Shown here piece by piece: positions 1-11,805 of a stretch of DNA of 64,000 nt (positions are counted from its first letter, which is position 1; each line of letters begins with the position of its first letter). The position numbers and the translations under genes were made by a program. Origin of the DNA: Gemmatimonadota bacterium (GTDB lineage: Bacteria > Gemmatimonadota > Gemmatimonadetes > Gemmatimonadales > GWC2-71-9). The stretch spans positions 32,001-96,000 of the forward strand of contig QHTZ01000081.1 of the NCBI GenBank assembly GCA_003221005.1, written 5' to 3'. The notes under the pieces are model-generated. The model saw nothing but the letters and a program-made list of their open reading frames with translations, did not search any database and was not told the DNA's origin.

Positions 1-1830
<1,830 letters not shown>

Positions 1831-1843
1831 GTTGGCGTCCGAT

Positions 1844-2401
1844 ATGACCGCCCACTTCGGCGCCGCGACCGACGGCCTGACGATCGGTCGCGGCGCGCTG
1901 CGACAGCTGCACGAGAGCCTACTCCGCGACGCCGCCGACCACGCCGTCAACATCCTCCAGGAAGCAGGCTTCGCAGCCGGCGCAGGCGTCTACCAGGCGT
2001 TCCGCACCTGGCTCCCCGGGGAGACGGGCGTGGCCGAACCACAGGACCTGGAAGCTGCCCGGCTAAACGACGTCCTCTCGGCCTTCTTCCAGGCGATCGG
2101 GTGGGGCTCGGTGAGGGTGGGTCCCCTGGGCGCGGCCGCGCTGGCGATCGACTCGAGCGATTGGGCGGAAGCGGAGCCCGGTACGGCGGAGACGCCGATG
2201 TGCTTCTTCTCGTCCGGGATGTTCGCCGACTTCCTCGGCCGTCTCTCGGGAGAGACGGTCGCCGTGATGGAAGTGGAGTGCCGCAGCCGGCACGACCCCC
2301 GCTGCCGCTTCCTCTCGGGAGCACCGGACACCCTCAACGTGGTCTACGACCAGATGACCCAGGGAAGGAGCTACGTCGAGGCGCTGGGAGGAGGGACGTA
2401 A
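1844..2401 (+). CDS. V4R (4-vinyl-reductase) domain protein
   Basis: GWG motif, CFFSSG and EVECRSRHDPRCRF Cys pattern typical of V4R; ATG 1844. Confidence 0.8.
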   Translation: MTAHFGAATDGLTIGRGALRQLHESLLRDAADHAVNILQEAGFAAGAGVYQAFRTWLPGETGVAEPQDLEAARLNDVLSAFFQAIGWGSVRVGPLGAAALAIDSSDWAEAEPGTAETPMCFFSSGMFADFLGRLSGETVAVMEVECRSRHDPRCRFLSGAPDTLNVVYDQMTQGRSYVEALGGGT

Positions 2402-3522
2402 CCGCGCCGCGCAAGGTGCGCCAGCGTAGCCCCGATCACGAGACCCACCACGTAGCCGTACGGCAGGAAAGCGGCGCACACGGCGACCAGCGCGGCGATG
2501 AAGAAGTCCGACCGCTCGCCGGCGAGGTCGCGCACCAGCACGACCAGGGCGATCCCCTCGAACAGCAGCAGGACGCCGAGCATCGGGAGCGGGAACACCG
2601 TGACTAGGCGCGCGAACCCGCCGCTGAAGAACAACCCCAGCGCGATGAACATCGCGCCATAGATCACCACGGATCCCCCGGTGCGCCCGCCGAACGCGTA
2701 GTGGCCCGCGAACCCACCCGAGCCGTGGCACACCGGCACTCCACTAAGGAACGAGCTCGCCAGATTCATCGCGCCGTAGGTCAAGCCGACCTTGCGGACC
2801 GAGAGGCGGACGTCGGGAAACAGGTCCCGGGCGATTTGATGCGTGGCGAGGATCGAGTTGCCCAGAGAGAGGGGCAATTGCGGAAGCGCCAGCACGATGA
2901 ACCCGGTGACGACGTCCGCGAGCGTGGGCACGTGGAGCCGCGGCAGCTGGAAGCCGGCGCTCCGGATCACCTCTGAGACCGGCAGCTTGAGCGCGAAAGC
3001 GTAAATCAGCCCGAGCGCCACGACCGGCAGCGCGGCCGGGAGCCGCCGGTTCCCGATGAGGGCGACCGTGATGACAAAAGCGACCGCGGCGAGAACGTAC
3101 CCGGGGGCGTGGTCGGCGCCGACGTACTCGCGCAGGGCGAGCGACGCCAGCTGCAGTCCCAGACCGAGCTGAATCCCGCGCACCACGCTCTTGGGGATCG
3201 CCCACGCGAGCCAGTCGATCAATCCGAACGCCGTGATCAGCAGCATCGCGACGCCGATGGCGAGGCCCGCGCCGTAGATGATGTCGGCGGCGATGTGCTG
3301 CGTAATCACGAGCGCCGCGACCGCCTTGAGTGGCTGGACCGGCATCGGGAGGCGGTATGCCAGCCCCGTGAGGAGCTGCATGGCGCCGTAGGCGACGAGG
3401 ACGCTGGCCGCGTCGAGATGCGCGGCGAGCACCATGCCTACGATGAGCGGCAGGTCCGTGCCCAGGTCCCCGAACGCTCCCGCGAGCTCGTTGCGGTCGA
3501 AGCGGACGGCGGGAGGACTCAT
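2371..3522 (-). CDS. MOT1-type molybdate/sulfate transporter
   Basis: GAFGDLGT, PMPVQPLKA, PVCHGSGGFAGHYAFGGRTG motifs; many TM helices. Confidence 0.85.
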   Translation of the reverse strand: MSPPAVRFDRNELAGAFGDLGTDLPLIVGMVLAAHLDAASVLVAYGAMQLLTGLAYRLPMPVQPLKAVAALVITQHIAADIIYGAGLAIGVAMLLITAFGLIDWLAWAIPKSVVRGIQLGLGLQLASLALREYVGADHAPGYVLAAVAFVITVALIGNRRLPAALPVVALGLIYAFALKLPVSEVIRSAGFQLPRLHVPTLADVVTGFIVLALPQLPLSLGNSILATHQIARDLFPDVRLSVRKVGLTYGAMNLASSFLSGVPVCHGSGGFAGHYAFGGRTGGSVVIYGAMFIALGLFFSGGFARLVTVFPLPMLGVLLLFEGIALVVLVRDLAGERSDFFIAALVAVCAAFLPYGYVVGLVIGATLAHLARRGYVPPPSAST

Positions 3523-4883
3523 GGCGCGGCACGCCGCGTGACGCTCACTCCCTCGAGCAGCACCGACGGCGTGTTGCGCGCGCCGTACCAGCGGCGGTCG
3601 CTCCCGAACCCGGCGATGCGCTGCAACAGGTCGTAGCTGTTGCCCGCGACGGCCGCGTCCTTCACGCGACCGACGATCTCACCGCGCCTGATGCGATACG
3701 CGAGCGCCACCGGATGGCTGAACGCCCCGCCGCTCACGTTCCCCTGCCCTACCCCGATGAGGTCGTCGACCAGAAGACCGTCGGCGATGTCGCCGAGCAA
3801 ACCGCCACCCAACTGTAGGGGCACGGCATGCCATGCCCCTACGGAATACCCGTCCCCCTTCCCCCGTCCCTCGTCCCCTATGATGAGGTTGGTATATCCG
3901 ACGACAGGCTTCGAAAAAATGGCGCGCTGCCCGTGCCCCGTGCTCATCGTCCCGGCACGGGCCGCGGTCTCGAGATCATAGATGAACCCCTGCACGACGC
4001 CACGTTGCACGAGGCACGTGGCGCGCGACGGCACGCACTCGTCGTCCACGGGCCGTGACGACGCTCTGCCGGGAGCGAGCGCGTCGTCCGTGAGCGAGAA
4101 CGCTGGATCGAACATCTGTTCGCCGACCTTCGCGGCGAGGGGCGAGATGCCCTGCAGCACGGCCTTGCCCGAGAGGGCCTGGGTGAGGGGCAGGAGCACC
4201 GCGGTAAGTCCGGCGGGCGTGAATATGACCGGGAGCGCGCCTTCGGGCGGGTCGGTGACCTTGAGGGCAAGATCGAGGCGCGTATTGACCGACTGTGCGA
4301 TGCGAGCGACGTCGGCCGCGCTCGGGAGATCGGCGCCCTCGAACGCGTCGCCGAGCACGAGCACGTCGTCGCCCGCGACGCGCCACAGGTCGGCGCTCAC
4401 CACGACGCCGGTCGATTGGTAGCTCGAGTCGGCGCCGGCCGAGTTCGCCACCCGCGTCTCGGCCAGCTCGCGCTCGACGCTGACGTTGACCTGGCACCCA
4501 TCGCGCGCGAGCTGTGCGACGAGCCCGGCCCCGAGCTCGATGAGGGCATCGAGCGACGCGCCGGCTGCCGCAGCGAAGAACGTAGGGACGTGGGGGAGCG
4601 GGGTGCGCGACGGAAACGCGAGCGTCAGCTCCGCGCCCAGCTCGGCCGAGGCGAGCGCGCGGCTCACCAACTCGTCAGGCGCGGCAGCGACGGCGGTCGA
4701 GCCCGCCACGCCGACCCGCCCGCCGCTCACGACCCGCAGGTTGACGCCCGCCTCTTCCGTCACCCCCGCGGCCTTTAGGCGGCCGAATTCGAACGCGACG
4801 GACGTCCGCTCCGACCGGCGCCACAGGGCGTCCGCGGTGCCCGCCCCGCGGCGCCGCGCCTGCTCGAGCAGCCGCTCGATCAC
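3519..4883 (-). CDS. TldD/PmbA family protein (PmbA/TldE-like, non-catalytic subunit)
   Basis: GTG start at 4883 overlaps tldD stop; PVDDEC, IYDLETAARAG, STGHG, AVAGN; no HExxxH. Confidence 0.85.
   Translation of the reverse strand: MIERLLEQARRRGAGTADALWRRSERTSVAFEFGRLKAAGVTEEAGVNLRVVSGGRVGVAGSTAVAAAPDELVSRALASAELGAELTLAFPSRTPLPHVPTFFAAAAGASLDALIELGAGLVAQLARDGCQVNVSVERELAETRVANSAGADSSYQSTGVVVSADLWRVAGDDVLVLGDAFEGADLPSAADVARIAQSVNTRLDLALKVTDPPEGALPVIFTPAGLTAVLLPLTQALSGKAVLQGISPLAAKVGEQMFDPAFSLTDDALAPGRASSRPVDDECVPSRATCLVQRGVVQGFIYDLETAARAGTMSTGHGQRAIFSKPVVGYTNLIIGDEGRGKGDGYSVGAWHAVPLQLGGGLLGDIADGLLVDDLIGVGQGNVSGGAFSHPVALAYRIRRGEIVGRVKDAAVAGNSYDLLQRIAGFGSDRRWYGARNTPSVLLEGVSVTRRAAP
3815..3842. 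repeat. GTAG-type REP-like palindrome inside pmbA
   Basis: GTAGGGGCACGGCATGCCATGCCCCTAC, near-perfect inverted repeat starting with GTAG. Confidence 0.7.
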
Positions 4884-6265
4884 GCGGCGTCCGGGACGTC
4901 GCCCCCGACCAGCGCTTCCTCGATCCGCACGTGGGGCGCGCCCTCGGTCACCGGCAGAGGGAACTGCCCGCCCTTGCCGCAACCCCCGCCCATCTCGTTC
5001 CAGCGGAAGTCGCCGGCGATGCGCTCGATGCGATCCAGGGTCTGGAACAGGTTGCCCGCGATCACCACGTCCTTCACGAGCTCCGCCACCTGGCCGTCGC
5101 GGATCATGTGCCCATAGGCGGCGGTGAAGGAGAAGTTCTCGAGCAGCGTCTGGCCGCCGAAGGCGCTGCACGCGTAGACGCCGAGCGGGATGTCCTTGAT
5201 CAGGTCGGCGAAGCTGCCGCGCCCGTTCGCGATGTAGGTGTTGGTCATCCGGACGATGGGGGGATAGCGGAACGAGGTGGCGCGGGCGTTGCCGGTGGGG
5301 TGCTCCCCCAGCGCCGCCGCCGTCTCACGCGAATGCAGCCGGCCGACGAGCACCCCTGCGCGGATCAACGGCGTGTCCTGTGTGGGCGTGCCCTCGTCGT
5401 CGAACGGCAGGGTGCCCCGCAGCCCGGCCGCGGCCCCGTTGTCCCCCACGTTGAGGAGCGGTTTCCCGAAGCGGCGGCCGAGCGTCATCATCTCGCGCGC
5501 CTGGGGATTCTCGTAGATGAAGTCGGCCTCGGAGAGATGGCCGAATGCTTCATGGATGAACACGCCGGCGAGCTCGGGGTCGAGCACGACCGGGTAGGTG
5601 CCGCCCTTCACCCGCGGCGCGTCCAGCAGCGCCACGGCGCGCTCCGCGGCCCGGCGGAATCCCGCCGCGCGGTCCTGCACGCTGCGCCAGCCGCGCCGCA
5701 GGCCGAACGACTCGAGACCTTTCTCGATGATCCCATCGCGCCGCGCCACGGCGCTCCCCGACACCGTCACCTCGGGACGGAGCTCGTGCAGCACGGTCCC
5801 CTCCGAGTTGACGTACCAGTACTCCGTCACTGCGTCGTGGTAGCTGGCCACGGTATCCACGACGCGGTCGCTGACGGCGAGCATTTCGCTGTTGTAGGCC
5901 TCGATCAACCGCTTCTTCTCGGCGAGGGGGACGCCGCGCACGTCGCCGTCCAGGTCGAGGACAGCGTCGGCCTGGTGCGGCGGAACCTCGGCGAGGCGGA
6001 TCGGGCGCTCCAGGCGCACGGCCCGGGAAAGCTCACCCGCCCGCGCGACCATCGCAGGGAGCTGGTCGAGCGAGGTGAACGCCGCGACGCCCCAGCCGCA
6101 GCCGCGATGCAGCGTGCGCACGAAACCGCCCTGGTCCTCGCTCGCGGTGGCCGCTTCGAGCCGCCGCCCCCGGAAGGAGACGGCCGAGGTCCAGGTGCGT
6201 TCGAGGCGGATTTCGGTGAAGTCGGCGCGCGACGCGGCCAGCGCGTCGGTGAGGCGGTCCTTCAC
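4880..6265 (-). CDS. tldD: TldD metalloprotease
   Basis: HEAFGH metal motif, PFDDEG, GNAR, IVRMTNTY, GCGKGGQ; GTG 6265 coupled to upstream stop. Confidence 0.9.
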   Translation of the reverse strand: MKDRLTDALAASRADFTEIRLERTWTSAVSFRGRRLEAATASEDQGGFVRTLHRGCGWGVAAFTSLDQLPAMVARAGELSRAVRLERPIRLAEVPPHQADAVLDLDGDVRGVPLAEKKRLIEAYNSEMLAVSDRVVDTVASYHDAVTEYWYVNSEGTVLHELRPEVTVSGSAVARRDGIIEKGLESFGLRRGWRSVQDRAAGFRRAAERAVALLDAPRVKGGTYPVVLDPELAGVFIHEAFGHLSEADFIYENPQAREMMTLGRRFGKPLLNVGDNGAAAGLRGTLPFDDEGTPTQDTPLIRAGVLVGRLHSRETAAALGEHPTGNARATSFRYPPIVRMTNTYIANGRGSFADLIKDIPLGVYACSAFGGQTLLENFSFTAAYGHMIRDGQVAELVKDVVIAGNLFQTLDRIERIAGDFRWNEMGGGCGKGGQFPLPVTEGAPHVRIEEALVGGDVPDAA

Positions 6266-6819
6266 TCCGCCAGTTCCCTCAGCTTCTCCGCGTAGTCGGG
6301 ACGCATGACGATCTCTCCGCCGACGATGATCTCGCGGTCCCAGGGGAGGATGATGAAGTTTTCGGTCTCGAGGGCGTAGAAGTCCGGCTTGTAGTCGCCG
6401 GTCCGGAACGACACGGCGGTTTTCACGGCCGCGGGCTTCAGGTCCCGCACCGCGGCGAGCGCGAGCTTCATGGTGTCGCCCGTGTCGCAGGTCTCGTCCA
6501 CGATGAGCACTCGCTTGCCGGTGACGATCCGCGGCGGCCCGGCGATGACAGTGGGGCGGGCGCCGCTCGCCTCGCGCGTGATCGCGATCGACGCGAAGTC
6601 GCGCTGCAGGATGCTCGCCACCACGGCGCCCGGAATCACGCCCGCCTTGGCGATCCCGACCACCAGTTCCGGGTCGTACTCGCGGAAGATCCGGAGCGCG
6701 AGCGCCCGGCACAGCTCGCCGAAGAAGGGCCAATCGACCTGGAGCACGCCGTGCGGCGGCAGGCGGCCGCCGCGGGTGGTGGGCGTGGTCGGCACCGTGG
6801 GTCTGCGGGTGGGAGGCAT
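6262..6819 (-). CDS. Type I phosphoribosyltransferase
   Basis: VVGIAKAG, PRPP motif VLIVDETCDTGDT, C-terminal FIILPWD. Confidence 0.88.
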   Translation of the reverse strand: MPPTRRPTVPTTPTTRGGRLPPHGVLQVDWPFFGELCRALALRIFREYDPELVVGIAKAGVIPGAVVASILQRDFASIAITREASGARPTVIAGPPRIVTGKRVLIVDETCDTGDTMKLALAAVRDLKPAAVKTAVSFRTGDYKPDFYALETENFIILPWDREIIVGGEIVMRPDYAEKLRELAE

Positions 6820-6873
6820 AGGCTGGAAGAAGCTACATTGCTAAACGACGAGGCCGCAAGCTATTTTCGGCCC

Positions 6874-7329
6874 ATGGGTTTTTGGCGCCGACTGTTCGGC
6901 GGCTCGGGAGGCGAGGACCTCCAACCGCAGCGCCTGGATTACCTCAACGAGGCGCTCGCGCTCGAGCGGCAGGGCGACTACGACGCCGCCCTCACCTCGT
7001 ATCGCCTCGCACTCCGCGATCATCCCAACGACGCCCGCATCCTCCAGAACATGGCGATCGCGCTCACCAAGACGCGACGCGTGGACGAAGCGATCCGCCA
7101 TTACCGGAGGGCGCTGGAGCTCGACAGCACACTCGCCGGCGCGCACTACGGGTTGGCGTTTCTGTTGCTCAAGCGCGGCGACCCCGACGGCGCGGAGCGA
7201 CATCTCAAGGCGTTTCTCGCACATCCACCCCGAGGTCCCGACGCCCAGCGGTGGATCGAGCACGCCACGCAGGCGCTGCGCGACCTAGGCGCCAGCCCGC
7301 CGCAGGCGATCTCGGCCGAGGCGCCCTGA
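6874..7329 (+). CDS. Tetratricopeptide repeat protein
   Basis: About 3 TPR units (YRLALRDHPNDARILQNMAIAL, YRRALELDSTLAGAHYGLA). Confidence 0.85.
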   Translation: MGFWRRLFGGSGGEDLQPQRLDYLNEALALERQGDYDAALTSYRLALRDHPNDARILQNMAIALTKTRRVDEAIRHYRRALELDSTLAGAHYGLAFLLLKRGDPDGAERHLKAFLAHPPRGPDAQRWIEHATQALRDLGASPPQAISAEAP

Positions 7330-7633
7330 GCCACCGACGACCGATCGGCGCGTTCCTGCTTGCCGTCACGGCCGTCGTGGGGGGAGGGGGAGGGGGAGGG
7401 TGTGGAAAGCTCGCACCGGATTTTAATCAGGTGATCGCACTCGAAGTGACGGTGGCGGACAGGGTCGCGGTGGACGACACGCTGCGCGCCCACGCGATCG
7501 CGCGCACCGCGCGCGGTGACTCGGTGAGCGCGACCATCTCCTGGGCCAGCCTGGCGCCAGGATCCAGGCGCGCACCGGCGATCTGCGCACCAACGCGATC
7601 TCGATCACCGTCTACACGCCGACCCCACCGTGA
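7326..7633 (+). pseudogene. Interrupted lipoprotein with Ig-like beta domain (internal deletion/frameshift near 7550)
   Basis: Signal plus Cys and ...SATISWASL in one frame; ARIQARTGDLRTNAISITVYTPTPP* in another, ending in GTGA overlap with next gene. Confidence 0.55.
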
Positions 7634-9447
7634 CGAAGGGAACGCTGGTCCGCCTGTTCTTCGACGCCGTGGAGCGGTTCGCCAGCCTCCCCGCCGCGCT
7701 GCGGCACAAGGTGGGAGGCCGCTGGGTGGCACTCACACACCGCGAGGTGGAGGAGCGCGTGCGCGCCGTTTCGCTCGGCCTGCGCGAGCTCGGGGTCCGC
7801 CCCGGCGACCGCGTGTCGATCCTCTCCGAGAATCGGCCGGAATGGGCGATCGCGGACTACGCCTGCCTCTGCGCCCGCGCCGCGGACGTGCCCATCTACC
7901 CCACGCTCCCCGCGAAACAGGTGGAGTACATCCTCCACGACTCGGGCGCGGTGCTGGTGTTCTGCTCGACGGCGACACAGCTCGCGAAGGTGCTCGAGGT
8001 CCGCGCCGACCTACCATCGCTGCGGCACGTCGTCGTGTTCGACGCGGCCGCGCGCCGCGATGGCACCATGACCTTCGCCGACCTCGAGGCGCTGGGACGC
8101 AACGCCGTCGCGAAATACCCGCAGTTCCGGGTCGAAGCGTTGGCCGTAGAGCCCGACCAGCTCGCTACCCTCATCTATACCTCAGGGACGACGGGCGACC
8201 CGAAGGGCGTAATGCTCTCCCACAACAACCTGTGGTCCAACGTGCAGTGCTCCTTGCGGATGATCTCCGTGGGCGTGGGGGACGAGTGCCTCTCGATGCT
8301 GCCGCTGTCGCACGTGTTCGAGCGGATGGTGGACTACACCATGTTCAACGCCGGGGTAGTCATCAACTACGCTGAATCGTTCGAGCTGGTACGTCAGAAT
8401 CTCCAAGAGGTCCGGCCGACGGTAGTGCTCTCGGTGCCGCGGTTCTACGAAAAGGTGTATGCCGCCGTGCTCGAGAACGCGCTCTCCGGGAGCGGGGTCA
8501 AGCGACGCATCTTCTTCTGGGCGAAGCGCGCAGGCGAAGACTGGGCGACCTACCGTCTGGCAGGGTTGCGGGTGCCCACGGGCCTCGCCCTGAAGCATGC
8601 GCTCGCGGACCGGCTCGTGTTCGCCAAGCTGCGGGCGCGCACCGGCGGCCGCCTCAAGCTGTTCTTCTCGGGGGGTGCACCGCTCAGCCCGGAGATCGCA
8701 AAGTTCTTCTTCAGCGCCCGCCTCCCCGTGGCGGAGGGGTACGGGCTCACCGAGACGTCTCCCGTGCTGACCATCAATCCGCCGGAGCGCATCAAGATCG
8801 GGACGGTCGGCAGGGCCATTCCCGAGGTGCAGATCAAGATCGCCTCCGACGGCGAGATCCTCGCCAAGGGCCCGGGGATCATGCAGGGCTACTACAACAA
8901 GCCCGACGCGACCCGCGAGGCGCTCGACGCCGACGGCTGGTTTCACACGGGGGACATCGGCGACCTCGACGCCGACGGCTACCTCAAGATCACGGACCGC
9001 AAGAAGGACCTGATCGTGACGGCGGGTGGCAAGAACATCGCGCCGCAACCGATCGAGAATCTGGTGAAGACCAGCAAGTTCGTCGCCAACGCCGTGATGC
9101 TGGGCGACAAGCGCAAGTTCCCGATCATGCTCGTGGTCCCGAACTTCGAGACGCTGGAGCGGTGGGCGCGGGAGCGGCGCCTGGCGTTCGCGTCGCGGGC
9201 GCAATTGATCGCGCTGGCCGACGTGCAGGCCAAGGTGGAGCGGGAAGTCATGGGGGAGCTGCGCGATCTCGCGAAGTTCGAGATGCCCAAGCGCGTGCTG
9301 CTGCTCGAGCACGACTTCACGATCGAGTCGGGCGAGCTGACGCCCACGCTCAAGGTCAAGCGGCGCGTCGTGGAAAAGCGCTACAAGGATCTCGTGGACC
9401 GGACGTACGCCGAGGGTGACGCGATCGCGGCTGCGCTGGAGGGGTGA
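7630..9447 (+). CDS. Long-chain fatty acid-CoA ligase (AMP-dependent synthetase)
   Basis: YTSGTTGDPKG, EGYGLTETSP, WFHTGDIG, DRKKDL, LTPTLKVKR. Confidence 0.95.
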   Translation: MTKGTLVRLFFDAVERFASLPAALRHKVGGRWVALTHREVEERVRAVSLGLRELGVRPGDRVSILSENRPEWAIADYACLCARAADVPIYPTLPAKQVEYILHDSGAVLVFCSTATQLAKVLEVRADLPSLRHVVVFDAAARRDGTMTFADLEALGRNAVAKYPQFRVEALAVEPDQLATLIYTSGTTGDPKGVMLSHNNLWSNVQCSLRMISVGVGDECLSMLPLSHVFERMVDYTMFNAGVVINYAESFELVRQNLQEVRPTVVLSVPRFYEKVYAAVLENALSGSGVKRRIFFWAKRAGEDWATYRLAGLRVPTGLALKHALADRLVFAKLRARTGGRLKLFFSGGAPLSPEIAKFFFSARLPVAEGYGLTETSPVLTINPPERIKIGTVGRAIPEVQIKIASDGEILAKGPGIMQGYYNKPDATREALDADGWFHTGDIGDLDADGYLKITDRKKDLIVTAGGKNIAPQPIENLVKTSKFVANAVMLGDKRKFPIMLVVPNFETLERWARERRLAFASRAQLIALADVQAKVEREVMGELRDLAKFEMPKRVLLLEHDFTIESGELTPTLKVKRRVVEKRYKDLVDRTYAEGDAIAAALEG

Positions 9448-9465
9448 ACAGAGACGATCGCTCGC

Positions 9466-9945
9466 CTAGCAGCCTTCTATCACCCCGCCGAAGCCACTGG
9501 CGCTTCCTGCAGGGCCTACCGCATCGCCCGTGAATCCCCACGAAGATTCAGAGTGCCAGAACATCGAGTCCGGACGCCCGGCATAACCGACACCCTGGCC
9601 ACCCGGGAAAGAAAGCCTGTACTGCACAGCGATCCGGTCGCTCGGCGCCTCGAAGTGCTCACACCTCACCTGGTTCGGGAGCACTGTGTCGGTTCTGAAC
9701 CCTGGGCCCCACCACCCGAAGACGCCGCCGCTCGGCACGACCTCCGTGTGTTGGAGGACCGCGGTCTCTGGAGATAACCAGGTGATGATCGCGGTCCCAG
9801 GCTCTCGGTTATTGAAATGAGTTGAGAGATTGGTGTAGAAGACGGAGAGTTGCAGTGGAGCAAGCGAGTCCTTCGAGCACGCAGCCAAGGTCGCGGCGAG
9901 CGTCGCTCCGTAGAGGATCCGAAGCGGCGCGCTCGAGAGTCTCAT
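9466..9945 (-). CDS. Hypothetical lipoprotein
   Basis: Lipobox LAAC; GAGGAGG RBS upstream on minus strand. Confidence 0.65.
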   Translation of the reverse strand: MRLSSAPLRILYGATLAATLAACSKDSLAPLQLSVFYTNLSTHFNNREPGTAIITWLSPETAVLQHTEVVPSGGVFGWWGPGFRTDTVLPNQVRCEHFEAPSDRIAVQYRLSFPGGQGVGYAGRPDSMFWHSESSWGFTGDAVGPAGSASGFGGVIEGC

Positions 9946-9999
9946 GGTCCCTCCTCAGCCAACTGCATCACTACAGCGTCGCGGGCGTCGCCAGCGCAC

Positions 10000-10320
10000 T
10001 CACCGAGTCTGAATCGAGAGGATTTCAACAACGGGTCCAACCATGCAATAGCTACCGTAATCAGCGCGGCGTAGTAGCCGGGCGCGGACCCGCAAGCCAT
10101 CGCGCCGGAATTCGTCTGGCAAGTTGAGGGGGAGGTAGTGGACGCGCTCGCTGATGGCAATCGTCCAACATCCACCTTCGAGGTTGAGGAACTCGACTGC
10201 CGCGTTGACTGTCGCGAGCTTGCTCGACGCGAGGGGGTCGGTTGGCTGACGACACGCCAAGGCCGCTGCCAGAATTGAGGCGGTTATTCCGAGTCCGGTT
10301 GCCGACGGCCGACGAAGCAT
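10000..10320 (-). CDS. Hypothetical lipoprotein (OB-fold-like)
   Basis: Lipobox ALAC; LEGGCW...YLPLNLP...CMVG pattern. Confidence 0.7.
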   Translation of the reverse strand: MLRRPSATGLGITASILAAALACRQPTDPLASSKLATVNAAVEFLNLEGGCWTIAISERVHYLPLNLPDEFRRDGLRVRARLLRRADYGSYCMVGPVVEILSIQTR

Positions 10321-10447
10321 GTGATTTGGTCTTACGGTCGACTCTTGAGCCTGTTCCGCGCTGTCTAACGAGTATTATGAGCGGACGAGGGATGTCCAGT
10401 ACGCACGTAGCTTCGTCTTCGTGGCGGGTATTGCGCCCGCGCCTCAC

Positions 10448-11071
10448 CTAGCTCTTCTCCCCCGCCCACAACCCCTGCCCCGCCGCGAGCTGCCGGATCC
10501 CGGGCGGCGGCACGACATCCTCCCGCTCGACCACGAACCGCCGTCCTCTGAGCAGCACGCGCTGGCCTTCCTCGAACCACGGCGGAGCCGCCACGTCCGC
10601 CCCCAGGACGACGCCGCGCGCCATCGCCGGACGCAGCGGAATCACTCCCGCCGCGCGCACCAGGCTGAGCACCGGCAATTCCTCCGCATCGCTCGGCGCA
10701 TTCACGCCGATGAAGTGAACCCCACCCCTCAGTCCCGCTAGGCCCACCGCGTGCCGCACTCCGTCACCCACGAGCACGATGAAGCCGCCGGGGCCGGAGA
10801 GATCGAGGAGGGCCTGGAGGGTCTGTGCGTCATCGGGACGAAGGACGGGGGACGGGGGACGGGTGGCGGCGGGGCCACGTCCCACGTCCCTCGTCCCCCG
10901 TCCCGTGAAATCGACGACCCCGTGCACAATCGGATACTCCCGCTTGCAAATGGGACATCCCACGATCCCCGAGCGTACCATCCGTCCGAGCATCTCGCCC
11001 GTCGACAACACGAGGACGCCGAGCTCGTGCGGCTCGGGGCAGCGCAGCATCTCCGTCAACTCGATGTGCAT
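10448..11071 (-). CDS. Trm112-like Zn-ribbon fused to degenerate methyltransferase-like domain
   Basis: N-term LRCP...GCPICKREYPIVHGVVDF; C-term IPLRP...EGQRVLLRGRRFVV. Confidence 0.7.
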   Translation of the reverse strand: MHIELTEMLRCPEPHELGVLVLSTGEMLGRMVRSGIVGCPICKREYPIVHGVVDFTGRGTRDVGRGPAATRPPSPVLRPDDAQTLQALLDLSGPGGFIVLVGDGVRHAVGLAGLRGGVHFIGVNAPSDAEELPVLSLVRAAGVIPLRPAMARGVVLGADVAAPPWFEEGQRVLLRGRRFVVEREDVVPPPGIRQLAAGQGLWAGEKS

Positions 11072-11079
11072 CGGCGCGC

Positions 11080-11805
11080 TCAGCCCCGTCGCGTGTACCC
11101 GCTCGGCAGCAAGCGGATCTCGGTCACGTCGACCCGCAGCGGCTGCGTCACCGCGAACACCACGGCCGCTGCGACGTCCTCGGCATGCAACATGTCCCTG
11201 CGTTTGGTGAATCCCGGCTTGGAATCCGGATCCACGTCGTCCCAGAGGTCGGTGTCGACCGGCCCCGGCGAGACCAACGTCGTGCGCACGCCGCTGCCCG
11301 CCAGCTCGACGGCGAGCACTCGGTGCATTCCCCGGAGCCCGAACTTGCTTGCCGCGTAAGCGGTCGACCCGGAGAACGCGACGTGATCGGCGATGCTCCC
11401 GATCGTCACCAGGTGACCGCTGCCGCGCTGGCGCAGCGCGGGCACGAGGAGGTGGGCGAGCAGGAAGGGGCCGGTGAGGTTGGTCGCGAGGGTCTCCGCG
11501 AACTCGCGGTATGTCGTGGCTTCCACCGGCTTCACGTAGAACACGCCTGCGTTGCTGACCACGATGTCGGGGAGGCCGAGCTCAGCCTGGATCCGCGCCA
11601 GCGCTCGCTCCACGGCGGCGGGGTCCGTCACGTCGCAATGCACGTCGGTCTGGCGCTCGGTCGCGCGATCCTCGAGACTGCGCGCCAGGCGCACCACGTG
11701 CGCCCCAGCCGTGCGCAGCGCGTCCGCGACGGCGCGCCCGATCCCCCGCGAGGCGCCCGTCACGAGCGCGACCTTCCCCTCGAGCGAGATCGTCGCGGCG
11801 GTCAC
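11080..11805 (-). CDS. Short-chain dehydrogenase/reductase
   Basis: [16 protein letters not shown]; GTG 11805 overlaps folE stop. Confidence 0.92.
   Translation of the reverse strand: MTAATISLEGKVALVTGASRGIGRAVADALRTAGAHVVRLARSLEDRATERQTDVHCDVTDPAAVERALARIQAELGLPDIVVSNAGVFYVKPVEATTYREFAETLATNLTGPFLLAHLLVPALRQRGSGHLVTIGSIADHVAFSGSTAYAASKFGLRGMHRVLAVELAGSGVRTTLVSPGPVDTDLWDDVDPDSKPGFTKRRDMLHAEDVAAAVVFAVTQPLRVDVTEIRLLPSGYTRRG

Noticed and set aside
7379-7400. GGGGGA run as a distinct element
   Set aside because: Encodes poly-Gly in the signal region; too short to interpret
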